A stretch of DNA of 63,076 nt, filler included, from Dugesia japonica (Eukaryota), in assembly GCA_001938525.1 (NCBI GenBank). It is 6 parts of 6 records of this genome, joined end to end, with 100 filler letters (N's around TTAATTAATTAA, not from the genome) between each part and the next. Parts side by side here need not be neighbours in the genome. Positions count along the whole stretch, not along the records: positions 1 to 9,363 come from MQRL01613530.1; positions 9,464 to 17,967 come from MQRL01620588.1; 4 more parts are not named here. One strand, 5' to 3'. The notes beneath the pieces are model-generated. The model was given only the letters and a program-made list of their open reading frames with translations, had not been told where the DNA came from and did not search any database. Positions 1-12,985 of this stretch are shown in pieces. Within the stretch, counting starts at the first letter, position 1; every line of letters begins with the position of its first letter. Both the position numbers and the translations under genes were made by a program.

Positions 1-3000
1 AAGAATTTATCCAACAAGTTGAAAAGAACGTGGAAAACGTAATGCGGCACAAATTGACGTCGACGAAACTTACCGCATTTTTATTGAAGTAATGTTTGGA
101 TGATAAAGTAATGAAAGAAGAAGTAGCTAGATTTGAGTATACAGAATCTCTTCTCAAATTAAAATCAGATAATGAAAATTAAGATCAACGAGGACTGACT
201 CCAGTGAAATATATAAAAGAAATTCTGAAATCAGTTGAGGAAAGAAATCGAAATACAAATATTTCGGTTCTCAATAAACCAAGTTATGCCCCAAAAAAAT
301 ACAATGCAGTTCCATATCATCAAAGAAATGTTTGAGATGATTGGAAGACAAAATTACGGTTACGAATCAGGAAATCAATATTAAACGAACAATGAAAGAC
401 AACTTCAAAGAAGACCAACCCATACAAAATCAATGAATTCTGACAATTATCAGAAAACTAATTAATGCTAAAGATGCCAAGAATTTGGCCATATCAGAAG
501 AAATTGTCCAAATTTGCGTTGCTCAACGTGTCAAAAGAGAGAAAATTTAAATAGAAATTGCTTTGAATCAAGGAACAATTACAGAGAGAAGAATATTACA
601 AAATAGATTTTACCAATAGATATGATAATTATAGATCTTACAATTTTGAAGAGAGGAGATCGAGTTTCTGCACTGGATGATGTCTGTTCTCAAACTGCCG
701 ATGCTTAGATGATGACGGAAAACTACGAAGCTTCAACCAAAAGGGAAATGATTGGAGCTATTCAGATGAAATAAGTGATGTCTTTGATTCGAGATTTATT
801 AAATAGGAAGGTGATAATGTGAATGTATGTGACTGTATGTCTATTTATAATGTATGTTTGAATGAAGGCTCTGAAAATTATGTAGATATTTTAGTTAATT
901 CAAATAATTCTTTTGATTATTTTGATAGTTATTTTAATAATGAATTGGATGTATTGGTTAAACTTTGAAAATAATGAAAATTTTTCTTTAACTATTAATA
1001 GAAATAATGTGATTATTGGAGATAAGTTTGATAAAAGGCCGTTTGATTGTGTATATTTGAATGAAATTATTTTTGAGTGTTTGTTTTATACAGGGGTAAA
1101 AGGTTCTAAGGGGTTTAAAGAAATAAATGGAGTTTTAGAATCAATAGAAAAATCTTTGAAAATATTTTGAGCAAATAGAAAATATTTGTTCACTGTTTTA
1201 TAAATTTAAGATATAAAGAATTATTTGTGTATCTGACGAAATTCCCGTTCTTAAGATTATCATGAATAATTTTGTATTCTACGTTTACAACAATGCTCAG
1301 TTTTTTTTATTAAAATTTATTACTGATTTACAATGAATATTATTACTGCGACTACCTGACCGACTATGTTTCTTTGTTCGTTTACAGAGTTGACAAAACG
1401 CCTCTCCAATGTATGTAGCAATACATACATTACAATCATATTTATAAATAAGATTCGAAACCAATCAATAAGGAGTCTTAGACTTATTACTGATCGCATT
1501 AATACTTTTACAAAACCGAGACACAATTTTAACATTTGGGAGATTTACTGAACATTTTAGCAAACCATTTTTAAAATATTAAAAACCTCGGATTAATGAA
1601 CTTTTAAAACATAATAAATTTTATCAACTTAATTAGGTTAATCAGTTTTTAATAAGCTTTTCCTCATTTCAATTATTTATTTATTTTACAATTAAAATTT
1701 GTATTTTACATATGTTTCGTACAGTCTAAAGTGTTATAATTTTCAATGTAATTAAGAAATCTCTTTCGATGATTTGACAACCAATATGAATTTCCAATTA
1801 AGCAATTTTTTTGGTTTTTAGAATATTTTGTTTCTTTAATACTAAGATATAAAAGTATTAGAAATAGGTTTATCATGGCATTGGGTATAATCCCTGAAAT
1901 TATAATAGGAATAGATATTTTAGAAAAATTAATTATAGCTTTAGTGAATATGAATGCATTAATTTCTCGTCAAGATATGAAACATAAAGATTTATGTAAT
2001 TTAGAAGATAAACCTTTGAAAGAAATAACAGATATTGATAGATAGGAAGCTTTAAAATCAAAAAACATTATAGAAAAAACTTATCCATTATATAAAGCAA
2101 TATTTTTATGGCAAGTAAGTTGGATATAGGAAAAACAAATATCTTAAAGCATTTTATTTTGACAAATTGTGAACCAATTGTTGAACCTCAAAGACGACAA
2201 CCAATACATTATGATGAGAAAATTAAGGAAATTATTCAGAATTTGGAGGATAATAAAATAATATCGAAATGCAAATCCCCATGAAATTCCTCAATTGTAT
2301 GTGTTCAAAAGAAGAATTCAGCTGATATTAGAAGCAAATCGTCACCAAATAAAACGGCAATTTCGAACGATTATTGTTGTGTCGTAGATAAATTATTCAG
2401 AAATTGAGAAGAATAATATTTGGAAAAAAAGCTAAGTAAAGATAAATTTGAAAGCTAAGATAAATTTTTGATCAATGAGGATATATCAAATTAAATGAAG
2501 CTTAGAAAAAATGTATTAAACACGAATCCAAGAAATGACAATAATACAGAAGAGTTTCAAAATTGGTGACTATTAGTTAAATTTAAAGTCTCACAAGTCT
2601 CTATAAATTGTTTATTGATTATTACAAAAAAAGAATATGAAATAATAATTCACAAATTTCAAACAAATAATCTGAGAAATCTTAATAAAATGTTTTTCAA
2701 AAATATTGGTTTTCTAAAATTCCAAAATAATTATTTTTAAATCTCATTTTAGAAAATAATTTTATAATTTAACAACATGTAAAATTTTAACTTAAATTTA
2801 AAATATTTTTGTTTTACATATATATTTATTTAGTTTTCAACCTTATAATTTTTAAAATTTTATATTTTAAAAATTTCAAAAAAACCAATCTTAATATTGA
2901 ATATAAAAATTTAAAAATCTCAGACATCCGAAATTCATGAATCGATACTCACAGTGACAAAGTTTGAAGTAAAATTAATGTCAGAAATAAACAAGAAAAG

Positions 3001-3350
3001 CGATACGATGGTCCATATACTATAATTGATAAACTACATGATAGTAATTAAAAAATTAAGATAAATGACGGTACTGAAATTTTTCGAAATATTTAATGGC
3101 TTATGTTTTGTCCCCGCCATATCGAACGGGGGAGATGAGAGTGGAATATATTTCTGAAAATTAAATATTGATTTAACCGGATATATGTTGTGATTGATGC
3201 GACTCGTATGAACAATATGAATGAATGATATAATATATTTCTTGAATCATCCACTCATATTCCCCATATTTAAGAGTGCAATTGGTGTGTATTTGGCACT
3301 TTTTATTAGAATATAGTTTTAATGAATTAAATTTAGTTCTGAATACTGAT
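1..3350 (+). mobile_element. Decayed, rearranged Ty3/Gypsy LTR retrotransposon (gag, pol fragments, integrase C-terminus, PPT)
   Basis: Zn knuckle C*RCQEFGHIRRNC at ~466-510; gag end EASTKREMIGAIQMK* (~730-777) resembles the gag end at 44840-44880; RT N-terminal motifs SKLDIGKT and CKSP*NS at ~2110-2290; integrase QIKRQFRTI at ~2345; RYDGPYTIIDKLHD at ~3000-3045; purine tract GAACGGGGGAGA followed by TG at ~3124-3137. Many stops and frameshifts. Confidence 0.75.
1180..1600 (-). mobile_element. Penelope-like element GIY-YIG endonuclease remnant nested in the Gypsy copy
   Basis: Minus strand reads SNLIYKYDCNVCIATYIGEAFCQLCKRTKKH (~1365-1460), matching the PLE-type IY-x-CxxC-x-YIG...R...H motif. 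Confidence 0.7.
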
Positions 3351-3352
3351 AT

Positions 3353-3389
<37 letters not shown>

Positions 3390-3999
3390 ATTATTATTAT
3401 TAATAATAATAATTATGATCATGTATAGATTCTTCCTTAATAGTATAAAATATATCTTTGTTTAAAATAATTTCCGTGTATTCTTTATGGGAGATCGAAT
3501 AAAATATAAAATATTTGTAATCTCAAAATTTTTTGTTAATATAACTTTTCTTGTAATCAGTTCTATTTATGTGAGAGGAATTAATTATTCAACGGAGACC
3601 ATATGTATGGATAAATGATGATTGTAATGATTCTAGAAATTTGTTGCTCACATTTCGTTGTCTCATTGATTTCTTGTGTTAACAATGCTAGTTAGACAAA
3701 CAAAAATAAACAAAATAATTACCTTTTATTTTTTTATTTACTTATATCTAAAGAATGAAATTATGTAAATAAATTGTTTATTTATCCTTCCGTGTTCAAA
3801 GTTTATATACATATAGGTTGAGGGAAAAGTATTGTCGCTTTTTCATATACAAACTTTAAAGCAAAGATATATTTAGTTTCCGATTAATATTTTTATATTT
3901 ATTGATAAATAATAATAAGACAGGCAAGCTTTTATCAAAATAACACATTATTTTGTTATTTTAGGTTTGTTTGTATAATGTAAAACGCTATATAATAAA

Positions 4000-4734
4000 C
4001 AATGACAACGGCGCAAATTAGAATATGTTTTTTATATGAATTTAAGTTTAAAAAACGAGATGCTCAGCGTTGGTACAAACGATTCTGTTCTGGAGACACA
4101 TTCATAGAAAACCAGTGTCTGTAAAAAAAATCGAAACCGATTAATCGTAATAAAGAACTTAGGTTTTCGGTTTATTTGAAAATATGTATTAAAAGAAAAG
4201 TTTCTGTACGGGAAGAAAATAATCATCTGCATCTATAAAGGATTAGGTTTTGGTAATTATTGTCCGATTTGGAACATTTGAAAATATGTGAAAATCTGGA
4301 ATTAACAGAATTGGCTACATACTAATTAGATCATTCTAACTTTTCAACAAAGTCTATTTAAAGTTTGCCTGAAAACCTTTTTAAACAACTTTATCCGGGC
4401 AACAATAAAGTTGAAAGTTAATGTTCGGCAAATTTAGAAGAATTAAAAGAAGTGATCAAGTCAAACGATTACCTACAAACAGACGTTCAAAAAGCTATTC
4501 AAAAAGCTTTAGTGTTTTTAAAACATTATTTTTTAACAATTGCAATTATTGCGAGAATAATTGTTGGACATAACCATTGATCGTTTTATTGAATTCATTT
4601 ATTATAAAAGCTTAGATCAAAACGTTTTCAAAAAAAGTCAATTCCTGACGAAGACAAGGTCGAAATATCGAATTATTACCCAATATCAATAAATAAAACC
4701 AAAACTTTGATCTAAGCTTTTATATTAAATGAAT
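4000..4734 (+). mobile_element. Penelope-like element remnant with terminal repeat (pLTR) present as inverted plus direct copy
   Basis: Degenerate RT-thumb-like peptide (LEELKEVIKSNDYL, cf. NGYP) at ~4435-4480. It is followed by the repeat unit 4536-4734 shared with 15109-15250, 30242-30312, 32100-32302 and 49420-49575. A 29-bp inverted repeat lies at 4593-4621 / 4706-4734 (1 mismatch). Confidence 0.6.
4640..4674 (+). ncRNA. Minimal type-I hammerhead ribozyme
   Basis: AATTC-CTGACGA-A-GAC-AAG-GTC-GAAA-TATC-GAATT. Intact CUGANGA/GAAA core, stem I AATTC/GAATT, stem II GAC/GTC, palindromic loop-less stem III (ATAT), predicted AUC cleavage after 4669. Confidence 0.8.
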
Positions 4735-4929
4735 ATTATTTTTTAAATTTAAAATAAACTTAGTTTTGTTCTAGATTTTATTTAGTTTTTATTTTTCGAT
4801 TTATGATTAAAAAAATATTAATATTTATATTGATAGATATAATATTCCAGGTTTACTCATTTGTACCTGTTTTTAAATTCTCATATATTTACGTATCATT
4901 ATGTATTCTCCATTTTTAATTATTTACCA

Positions 4930-5823
4930 TATAATTATACAATTGAAAGACGTTTACAGCGTTCTTTAAGAGAATCATAACCAAGAAACTAGATGGGGAT
5001 TTTTATAGAGGAAGTAAATAATTTCAAATGTTTAGAAATAATGAAATAAAACAAAACTGCTCCAATTATTTTAAAATACAAATATTCAAAATTTCTAGTT
5101 CCCTCTTCATTCAAATATCAAAAACTATTGCCAAAAGTTCTTAAAAATCAAAACCTTAACCGAAAACCGCGGTTTTGTAAAAGTGCAAAATACACTTGTC
5201 CTTGTAAGAAGCAATCGGTGGAAAAGATTTGGAGTTTTGCGAGTTTGAACAAACGAACATATAGATAATCTAGGCATATTAAAATATAATAGGTATATAT
5301 GAATATGTCTGAAATCGAAAGTTCTGTCAAAATTTCAAGGCTGTCGCTGAAACCATTTCGGAGTTTATTGATTTTGAACAAACGAACATTTACATTTATA
5401 TTTATACAGATTATTTTATTGCAAGTAAAGGTTCATAAAATAAAGTTAAATAATTTCTTATTCATTGATAATATTTATGGATTGTCTATCATTCCAATTA
5501 TAGTTAGAATTTCGTTTGCTATTATATGTCGTCAACTAATCGACATGATAGATAATAATATTTACTCATATATTACTAGCATCAACTTGGAAAAGAAATT
5601 ATTAGAAAGAGATTATTTCTGTCTTGTTTATTATTGAACTTCTAACTCTAATCCTTAGATATAGAAGTTTGAAATAAATTTACAAAAGTGGATTACACCT
5701 ATTTATAAGTACATTACCATTGGACAACATCAATAAGGAAACAGTTTATCAGCTAGCAATGAAGTTTAAGAATGTTATTTTCATAAATATTTTGATTTTA
5801 TGATATATCAGAATAGTATAAAC

Positions 5824-5890
<67 letters not shown>

Positions 5891-5969
5891 NNNNNNNNNN
5901 NNNNNNNNNNNNNNNNNNNNNNNNNNNNNNNNNNNNNNNNNNNNNNNNNNNNNNNNNNNNNNNNNNNNN

Positions 5970-6034
<65 letters not shown>

Positions 6035-8000
6035 AATATAATATTGATTTGATATAAAGTATTCTTTCTAAAACTCCAAATTCACTGAGGATCCCAAAAG
6101 AACTTTATCATACCTGCTTTACTTATTAAGTAATAGTCATTAGAATAATTGAAAACAGTTACTATTCTAGATATTGTCCATACTCGACTTTATAATATTC
6201 TCTTCTCTGGTGTTTATGGTATAATCATATATAATTTTTAAATTATTGAAAACTGCTAATTGTATCAAAAACTTGAAGAAAATACAAGGAAACGTATTTA
6301 AGTAATATTTTGGAAATAGTATTGACCTTATAAGTTCTTTTAAAGAACTTTTTGAACTTTAATATTGTATGTTGTCACACTTGATGTGAATCTATGTGAT
6401 CTATTTGTTAAGATACAAAACATATTGATTTTGGCACGACATCAGTTATTTGTTTATGATTCAAATATTTTGAAAAATATTCTCAATGAAATTTTTTGCA
6501 AAAAAAATGATTTCATAATCAAATCATTTTCAGTAATGAAAGAAAAATAATTTAATAGAAAAATTTAATGTAAAATCTGATCGTAAAAAAATTCAGAATA
6601 TTTTAGTAATTTACTTTTTTTCTTTTCATGATTTCGTTAGTAGTGTCTGACATTTTCGCAATTCAATCGGTATGGCCAACAGATGGAATAATATATTTGT
6701 TAAGTATTTTTACGCCTAGAAATTATTTAACACGTTCACATAATCCAGAAATTACTTATTCAATTAACCAGTAATAACTAATATGAAAACTAAATTATTT
6801 TTCTTGTGGAAAATATGGATTTTTTTACAGAAAAAAAGTTTATATCGTTTTTTCAGTTGGTTTCTGTGAATCTTTTTAATAATCAAAATGAGTAAAACAA
6901 TTTGATAAATGATAACAAATTAGCGTGAAATATTTACATGTAAATTTTTAACTATGCTAAATTGGGTAACGTGATTAAGCTGTGGTTAATATTAGACAAT
7001 TAATATCAGAGGTTTCACGTCAGGAATATTCTGATAGTCTTGCTAATAATTATTAGTTTGGTGCATAATTAATACGGCTTTTCTTTCAGTAAAAATAAAC
7101 TTTTATTTTAATTGATTTTCGTTATTTTTAAAAACAATTTTTCTCTATTCTTAGATAAGAAAGACGCGTATTGAAAATTATCCTTATTCGTATCAAAGTT
7201 GCTTGATATATAAATATTATTCTTGGGTTGTACTTGAATTTACATCGATAAGTATATTTTGGATGATTTCGCTACATTTCTCATTGATAAAATGTCATTT
7301 AATTACATTCTTAGTTTTAGTAGTTAAGATTTTACGTGACTTCACTGATGCATTTGGGACCATAAGTTTTGTATTGCTTTCATGAATTTTTATCAGCACA
7401 TTATTAGATGTTTATTTAATTGATTTTCATTGACTGAAACCAGGTTCCTCAAAGTCGTTGCTTTATTCGACTAAACAGGATAAGATAATCATAATATGTT
7501 TAGTAAATGTGGGATCATAATTCACTTGTCCAACACAATGTTGTTTTATGTAAAAGATTTAATTCTTTTGGAATGAGGTTTGCTGCCAAAACCTCCGAAC
7601 ATAAACTATATCTACTGAACCTATTAATATGGCAAGGTCTTTAACAAGCTCTCTCGTAGTCAAATGACAATTTGCAATTACTCTGCGTTTTATTTATTGA
7701 TGCTGATTGACAACCAGAAAATATGGAAATCATAGTATTTCCCGACGTACTTTGAATATGAAGATGCCACTTGAATACCATCTTTTTTATAGTGATTGAT
7801 AAACAAATGCTTTTTAGGTCATTTTAAGCGTTTCCGTAGCGTTAATTTTATTTTTCAAACAAATTTTAGTTCAACGTTCTTGTTAAAATATATATCACCT
7901 ATTTCCAAAAAAGAGCAAGGTCAAATATTTAATACGAATAAACAAATAAACTATGTAACTAAAATTTTGACTAACATACGAGAAAAGAGTTTTTTTGACT
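4930..8000. mobile_element. Highly decayed Penelope-like RT/endonuclease fragments in mixed orientation
   Basis: RFCKSAKYTCPCKK at ~5170-5210 shares the RFCKS stretch with the PLE fragment at ~1500; LDIEV at ~5655; GVYG at ~6210; TLDV at ~6378; an EN-like GCQSA fragment on the minus strand at ~7700. Motifs are short and boundaries uncertain. Confidence 0.35.
5826..6033. repeat. (ATT)n microsatellite spanning a gap
   Basis: Direct tandem ATT repeats. Similar tracts at ~3355-3412, 19168-19230, 61059-61099 and 63010-63076. Confidence 0.95.
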
Positions 8001-8137
8001 ATGACTTTCGCGCAAGTTTAAGATTAAAAGTTATGTTCTTTATGAATACAGACTTTTATTTAAGAAAAAATAAAATAAAATGGATCCTTGAAGAAAATTA
8101 TTGACAAAATAAAACACAAAATCTCAAGAGTTAAGTA

Positions 8138-8531
8138 CACCAATACATCACTTTGCGACAATAACTAGTTTAAAAAATAAATTGTCGCAAGCAAAACGTT
8201 GCCACTCGAAATAACTTTTTATATGTAAATATACTAAAACTTTTCTGATCCGTTCCAATGCTAAATCAAAACCATTTATTCAAAAAAAAACAATTTATAG
8301 TTTCTAATGAATTTATTTATTCTATATAGAATATTAAAGTTAAGAAATCATTAAATTTAAAATAAAACGTAACAATTAAATCTTATTTTCCTCAAATTAA
8401 ATAAAAATCATATATTTATGAAAAATCAGACTCTAGCGTTATTGGAAATGTCGCAAAACTATTAGCCGATTTTTTTTTCATCGCAATGCGAAACATCGCA
8501 AAATCAAATGTCGCAAAGTGAGGTATTGGTG
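8138..8531. mobile_element. MITE of Tc1/mariner-pogo (Tigger-like) type
   Basis: TIRs CACCAATACATCACTTTGCGACA / TGTCGCAAAGTGAGGTATTGGTG (1 mismatch in 23), flanked by TA on both sides, with internal TGTCGCAA repeats. Confidence 0.85.
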
Positions 8532-9139
8532 TATTCTGATTTCTACTTTTTGCTTTAAGTGAAAATTATTGATAATCAATTAATAAATGATAAATTTATA
8601 TCAATTTATATCCATTTCTAAGAGGAAATAATTCATAGTTGTCATACTCCCAACTAATGCAAAAGTAGGTGAGGTATTTCCTGAAAATGGTGATAATTAT
8701 TTTGTTAAAATTGAGAAGACAGCGTCAGGAACTAATGTGTGTTACTTTCTACGAGCAAGGAAATAAAATATTTTAACTATTTTTATTATAGGCTGAATTA
8801 TTATTATGGCTAAATTATAAAAATAATTTATTTTCGATATATATTTATAATAATATAAACTAAACTATAGGAGATAGAAGATTATTTATACTCAGCATTA
8901 ATATGCATTTAAATAAACTATTTATAATTTTTATTTATTATCCAATTTTCAATCGGGAATTTTTTACAAAAAAATTATATTAATGAAAAGTTTTTTTTAG
9001 TAGAATTAAATCTAAATTATTAATAGTTAACGATTTGTAATGGTTACAGTGACTACCTTTAAGAAAGCCACTTGAAAATAGTTAGGAATTTAGATTCGGT
9101 TTATGAGATTTTGTTTAATAGTTGTGTAATATATGATAC

Positions 9140-9363
9140 TTTCCACAATATGTTTCCACAATATATTGCCACAATATATTTCCACAATATATTTATAAAT
9201 ATATATTTCCACAATATATTTCCACAATATATTTCTACAAAATATCTCCACAATATATTTCTACAATATATTTCCACAAAATATTTCCTCAATATATTTC
9301 CACAATATATTTCCACAATATATTTCCACAATATATTTCCACAATATATTTCCACAATATATT
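9140..9363. repeat. 13-bp minisatellite (CCACAATATATTT)n
   Basis: About 17 tandem copies running into a gap. Confidence 0.9.
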
Positions 9364-10909
9364 NNNNNNNNNNNNNNNNNNNNNNNNNNNNNNNNNNNNN
9401 NNNNNNNTTAATTAATTAANNNNNNNNNNNNNNNNNNNNNNNNNNNNNNNNNNNNNNNNNNNNCACTATAGATTAATTTATTTTCTTATTATATTTGTCA
9501 GGCGAGTATTGCACCCAGAATCCGGTGTATATGGGGTGCAGAAGTACAGATGTCAAATGGAATTTGAATTCATTTTAGAGATATAATATCCTAACCTAAA
9601 CATACAATTAATCGAAATATAAAATTCNNNNNNNNNNNNNNNNNNNNNATACCAAATATATTATTGATTGAGTTCACAGTGTTATGACATTCTTTGATAA
9701 TTTTAATTATTAAAAAATGTTTGACTACTTTCGAATCTTCACAAATAATTGACAACTAAATTTAAAGAAACTATTTAAAATGTGTATATACTTTTTGATA
9801 TATTTTTTCAATCAAAGCTGTAATTTAGATGGGAAACCAGAGATTGCATAAGTCTATACGCTGAATTATCTTTGAGCATTTTAGCGTATGATTTTTGAAT
9901 TCTTCGGAACATAAAATGTTCACTTAAAACTACCTAAAATATAGGCATTTTACTTTTTTATGTCCCTAGAAGCGTGAAAATTTTCATTATTAGATTTATG
10001 TTAATTCATATGAATTTCTGTTAATAATGCTTTTTGGTCTGCCAAATTGAGGATTTTTGTTAGGATAGGTGCAGGAACATTATACAAATTGGTAACTGTT
10101 GTACTTTAGACGCGATCTCCAATTTTATTTTACCGACCGAGTTCCTAATTTTCCGCCTAAACCAGTATAAAATAAAGAAGTAAACAGATATTTTGTACAT
10201 CAAGTTTTAACGCCTTGTTGTAATTATTTAGAAGCCTTATTGTCACAGAACTTGAGTTCGCTATTGTATACTCTCTTACTACATTTCAGTATAATAAAAA
10301 AAGTATAAAATTTTATAGTACATTTATTTTATTACAATANNNNNNNNNNNNNNNNNNNNNNNNNNNNNNNNNNNNNNNNNNNNNNNNNNNNNNNNNNNNN
10401 NNNNNNNNNNNNNNNNNNNNNNNNNNNNNNNNNNNNNNNNNNNNNNNNNNNNNNNNNNNNNNNNNNNNNNNNNNNNNNNNNNNNNNNNNNNNNNNNNNNN
10501 NNNNNNNNNNNNNNNNNNNNNNNNNAATTTGCAAAGTTTTTATAAGGACTTATATTTAAAATTAATTAGTTAATCAACTTAAGTTTAGTTCGTATGACAA
10601 CTAATTCTTGTCATTAAACACAATATAATAATGTACGGAAGCTTCTATTATAAAACATCAATATAACATGAAATTTCTATTTAAGGAAAAAAGTATTTTC
10701 AAATATTTAAAAAGAATTACAAAACTTCAAAAATTAGGAAATAAAATTTTAATAATATCAAATACCAACAAAATATTTATGTGACTGATTATTGAGAATA
10801 TTTTACATTTAGCAATAGCAAGTGACATTCCAGTTAAAGTTTTAAAAACTTAATAAATATAAGTAAAGTCGTAATTGAAATCTACAAAACGATTTAATTC
10901 AATGTACAT

Positions 10910-11630
10910 TTAAATGAATTCATTAAAATAAAAGCTTCGATCAAAATTTGTTTTTTTTTGGTTTCTGATAGTAATTCTATACTTTGACACTTTTTCTGCA
11001 TAACATNATAATTTATGTATTTCTTCTATTGTCTCATGTATTTTTTCATCCGAAATTTTAATTTTCTTGATTAAATCTGTTTCTTCAGAAATGTTTAATT
11101 GATTCTCTTTTTCCTTTTCAATTATGTTCAGTATCCTCGTTTTAATCTTCCCTTTCTTGGCATCTTCGTGTGACATTAGACGTTGTACCCATACCTCGCA
11201 TCATGGTCTAGATAACATATCTGCATTGCCATGTTGAATTCTTTTTTTTATATTCCAAAATCATGTCTAGACTACTCAGATAATTAATCCATATCTGGAA
11301 TTGTGACTTAATTGGTTTCTTCGTCGTCATCATGAAAATCAGGGCTTTATGATTTGTTCTAAGAGTAAATCTTCTACCGTACAAGTAATGTTTGAAGTCC
11401 ATGCAAAANNNNNNNNNNNNNNNNNNNNNNNNNNNNGTGATGCAATATCCCTTTTTATGTTTTGTCATTGAGTATGATTTATAGACAACAACTCTTTCTC
11501 TTCTTTCTTTATCTCTCTGTGACGATACTGCTCCAAGTGTATCAAAACTGGCATCTGTGGCTAATATAAATTCTTTGTTAATGTCTTTTAAACACAATAT
11601 TGATGCAGTCATTAGAGATTTCTTTAGTTA
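10910..11630 (-). mobile_element. Gypsy pol fragment (RNase H and linker)
   Basis: FILATDASFDTLGAV, FKHYLYGRRFTLRTNHKAL, WINYLSSLD. Confidence 0.9.
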
Positions 11631-11639
11631 GATGTTAGT

Positions 11640-12985
11640 TGAAAAAGTGTACGAATATATAAGAAACAAATACATTGAGAAGAACTTGTGGAACCAAATG
11701 CAGAAGATAGTTCGTAGTTGTGAAATTTGTCAGAAGACCAAAGTAGTGACAACAGCAAATAAGGAGAAGACTATTGATATTGAAGATATGATATTGAGAA
11801 ATTCATAAAGCGATGTGAATGGTATTTTGAAACTAAAACATCACCCATGTTAAACAACAGGAGAGATTAGTTTCTTGTTTGTTAGATGAAGATTTGTTGG
11901 AAGAATATGCAGAGACGTTGAAAAAAGTTGAAAGTTTTCAATCTCGCTTACGTATGGCATTTGAGAAAGAGAAAGATGTTATTAAAGATTTTCAAAATTT
12001 GATTAACTACAGGTGGGGAAATGAAGAGTTTCAAGTTTATTTTAAAAATGTAAAAGATTTAGTAAAAAGATTATTTACAAATAAAGATTTTACTGAGGAA
12101 AAAATGGTAGCAAAGATGCTAGTATATTGTTCAGATAACAAAATCGTTGAAGAAGAAGTAACTTTGCAAAAACGAGAGAATATAGAAGAAATTGAAGAAA
12201 CAAATACGTTAGTAGATCGAGTAGAGAAAAACAGAGATCAAGTCAATGCATTTAAAAGTTACGCGAGTGTTACAAGTCAAAATTATCAGAAACCTGTAAA
12301 TCATACCGTGAATAGACATGTGGATCAGAGAAAGGAAAAATAAAATATCGAATGTTGGTTATGTCATACTATCGGTCATAATAAAGCCAATTGTCCAACG
12401 GAAAAAGTGATAGAGTGTTGGACTTGTCATAAAACAGGACATTTAAGTCGAGATTGTTCAAATAATTTTTTTTATTTATTTATTTGAATTTATTTATTTT
12501 TTTAATTTTATTTGAAGTTTTTGATGTATTTATTTGAAGTCATATTAACAGATATACGTGGNNNNNNNNNNNNNNNNNNNNNNNNNNNNNNNNNNNNNNN
12601 NNNNNNNNNNNNNNNNNNNNNNNNNNNNNNNNNNNNNNNNNNNNNNNNNNNNNNNNNNNAAGCTATTTTTGAAAAGTGGATATTGAGATTTGGATGTCCA
12701 AGAGAGATAAGACTAGATTGTGGAAAAGCTTTTTAATCCAGAGTTATGAGAGAGTTTGTTCTGAAGCTAGATATTAAACTTTGCTTTTCGATTACCTATT
12801 ATCATAATGCAAACGGACAAATTGAAAGACAGTTCAGGACAATTCGAGATTTAATTAATGCAAAATTTCAGGAAAGAAAGACAACAGATTGGGCAGATCT
12901 TTTACTGGAAATATAATTTACAATGAATGCAACAAAACAGAAGACGACTGGAAAGAGCCCGGGGGAGATCTTATTTGGAAGCACT
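11640..12985 (+). mobile_element. Scrambled Gypsy fragments: integrase Zn finger, gag with two Zn knuckles, integrase core
   Basis: VRSCEICQKTK at ~11710; gag ORF 11879-12343; CWLCHTIGHNKANC and CWTCHKTGHLSRDC at 12353-12457; WILRFGCPREIRLDCG and YHNANGQIERQFRTI at 12677-12845. Confidence 0.85.

Noticed and set aside
1232-1250. Other CTGANGA motifs (1232, 19851, 37504, 51872, 51988) as hammerheads
   Set aside because: No stem II plus GAAA and no stem I pairing.
5800-6057. Poly-I/L/Y and X-rich ORFs (also 19024, 32457, 41581-41906, 42705, 61033)
   Set aside because: Translations of (ATT)n microsatellites and N gaps.
9072-9419. Repetitive ORFs on both strands (also 26993-27271)
   Set aside because: Artefacts of the 13-bp and 27-bp minisatellites; no other coding evidence.
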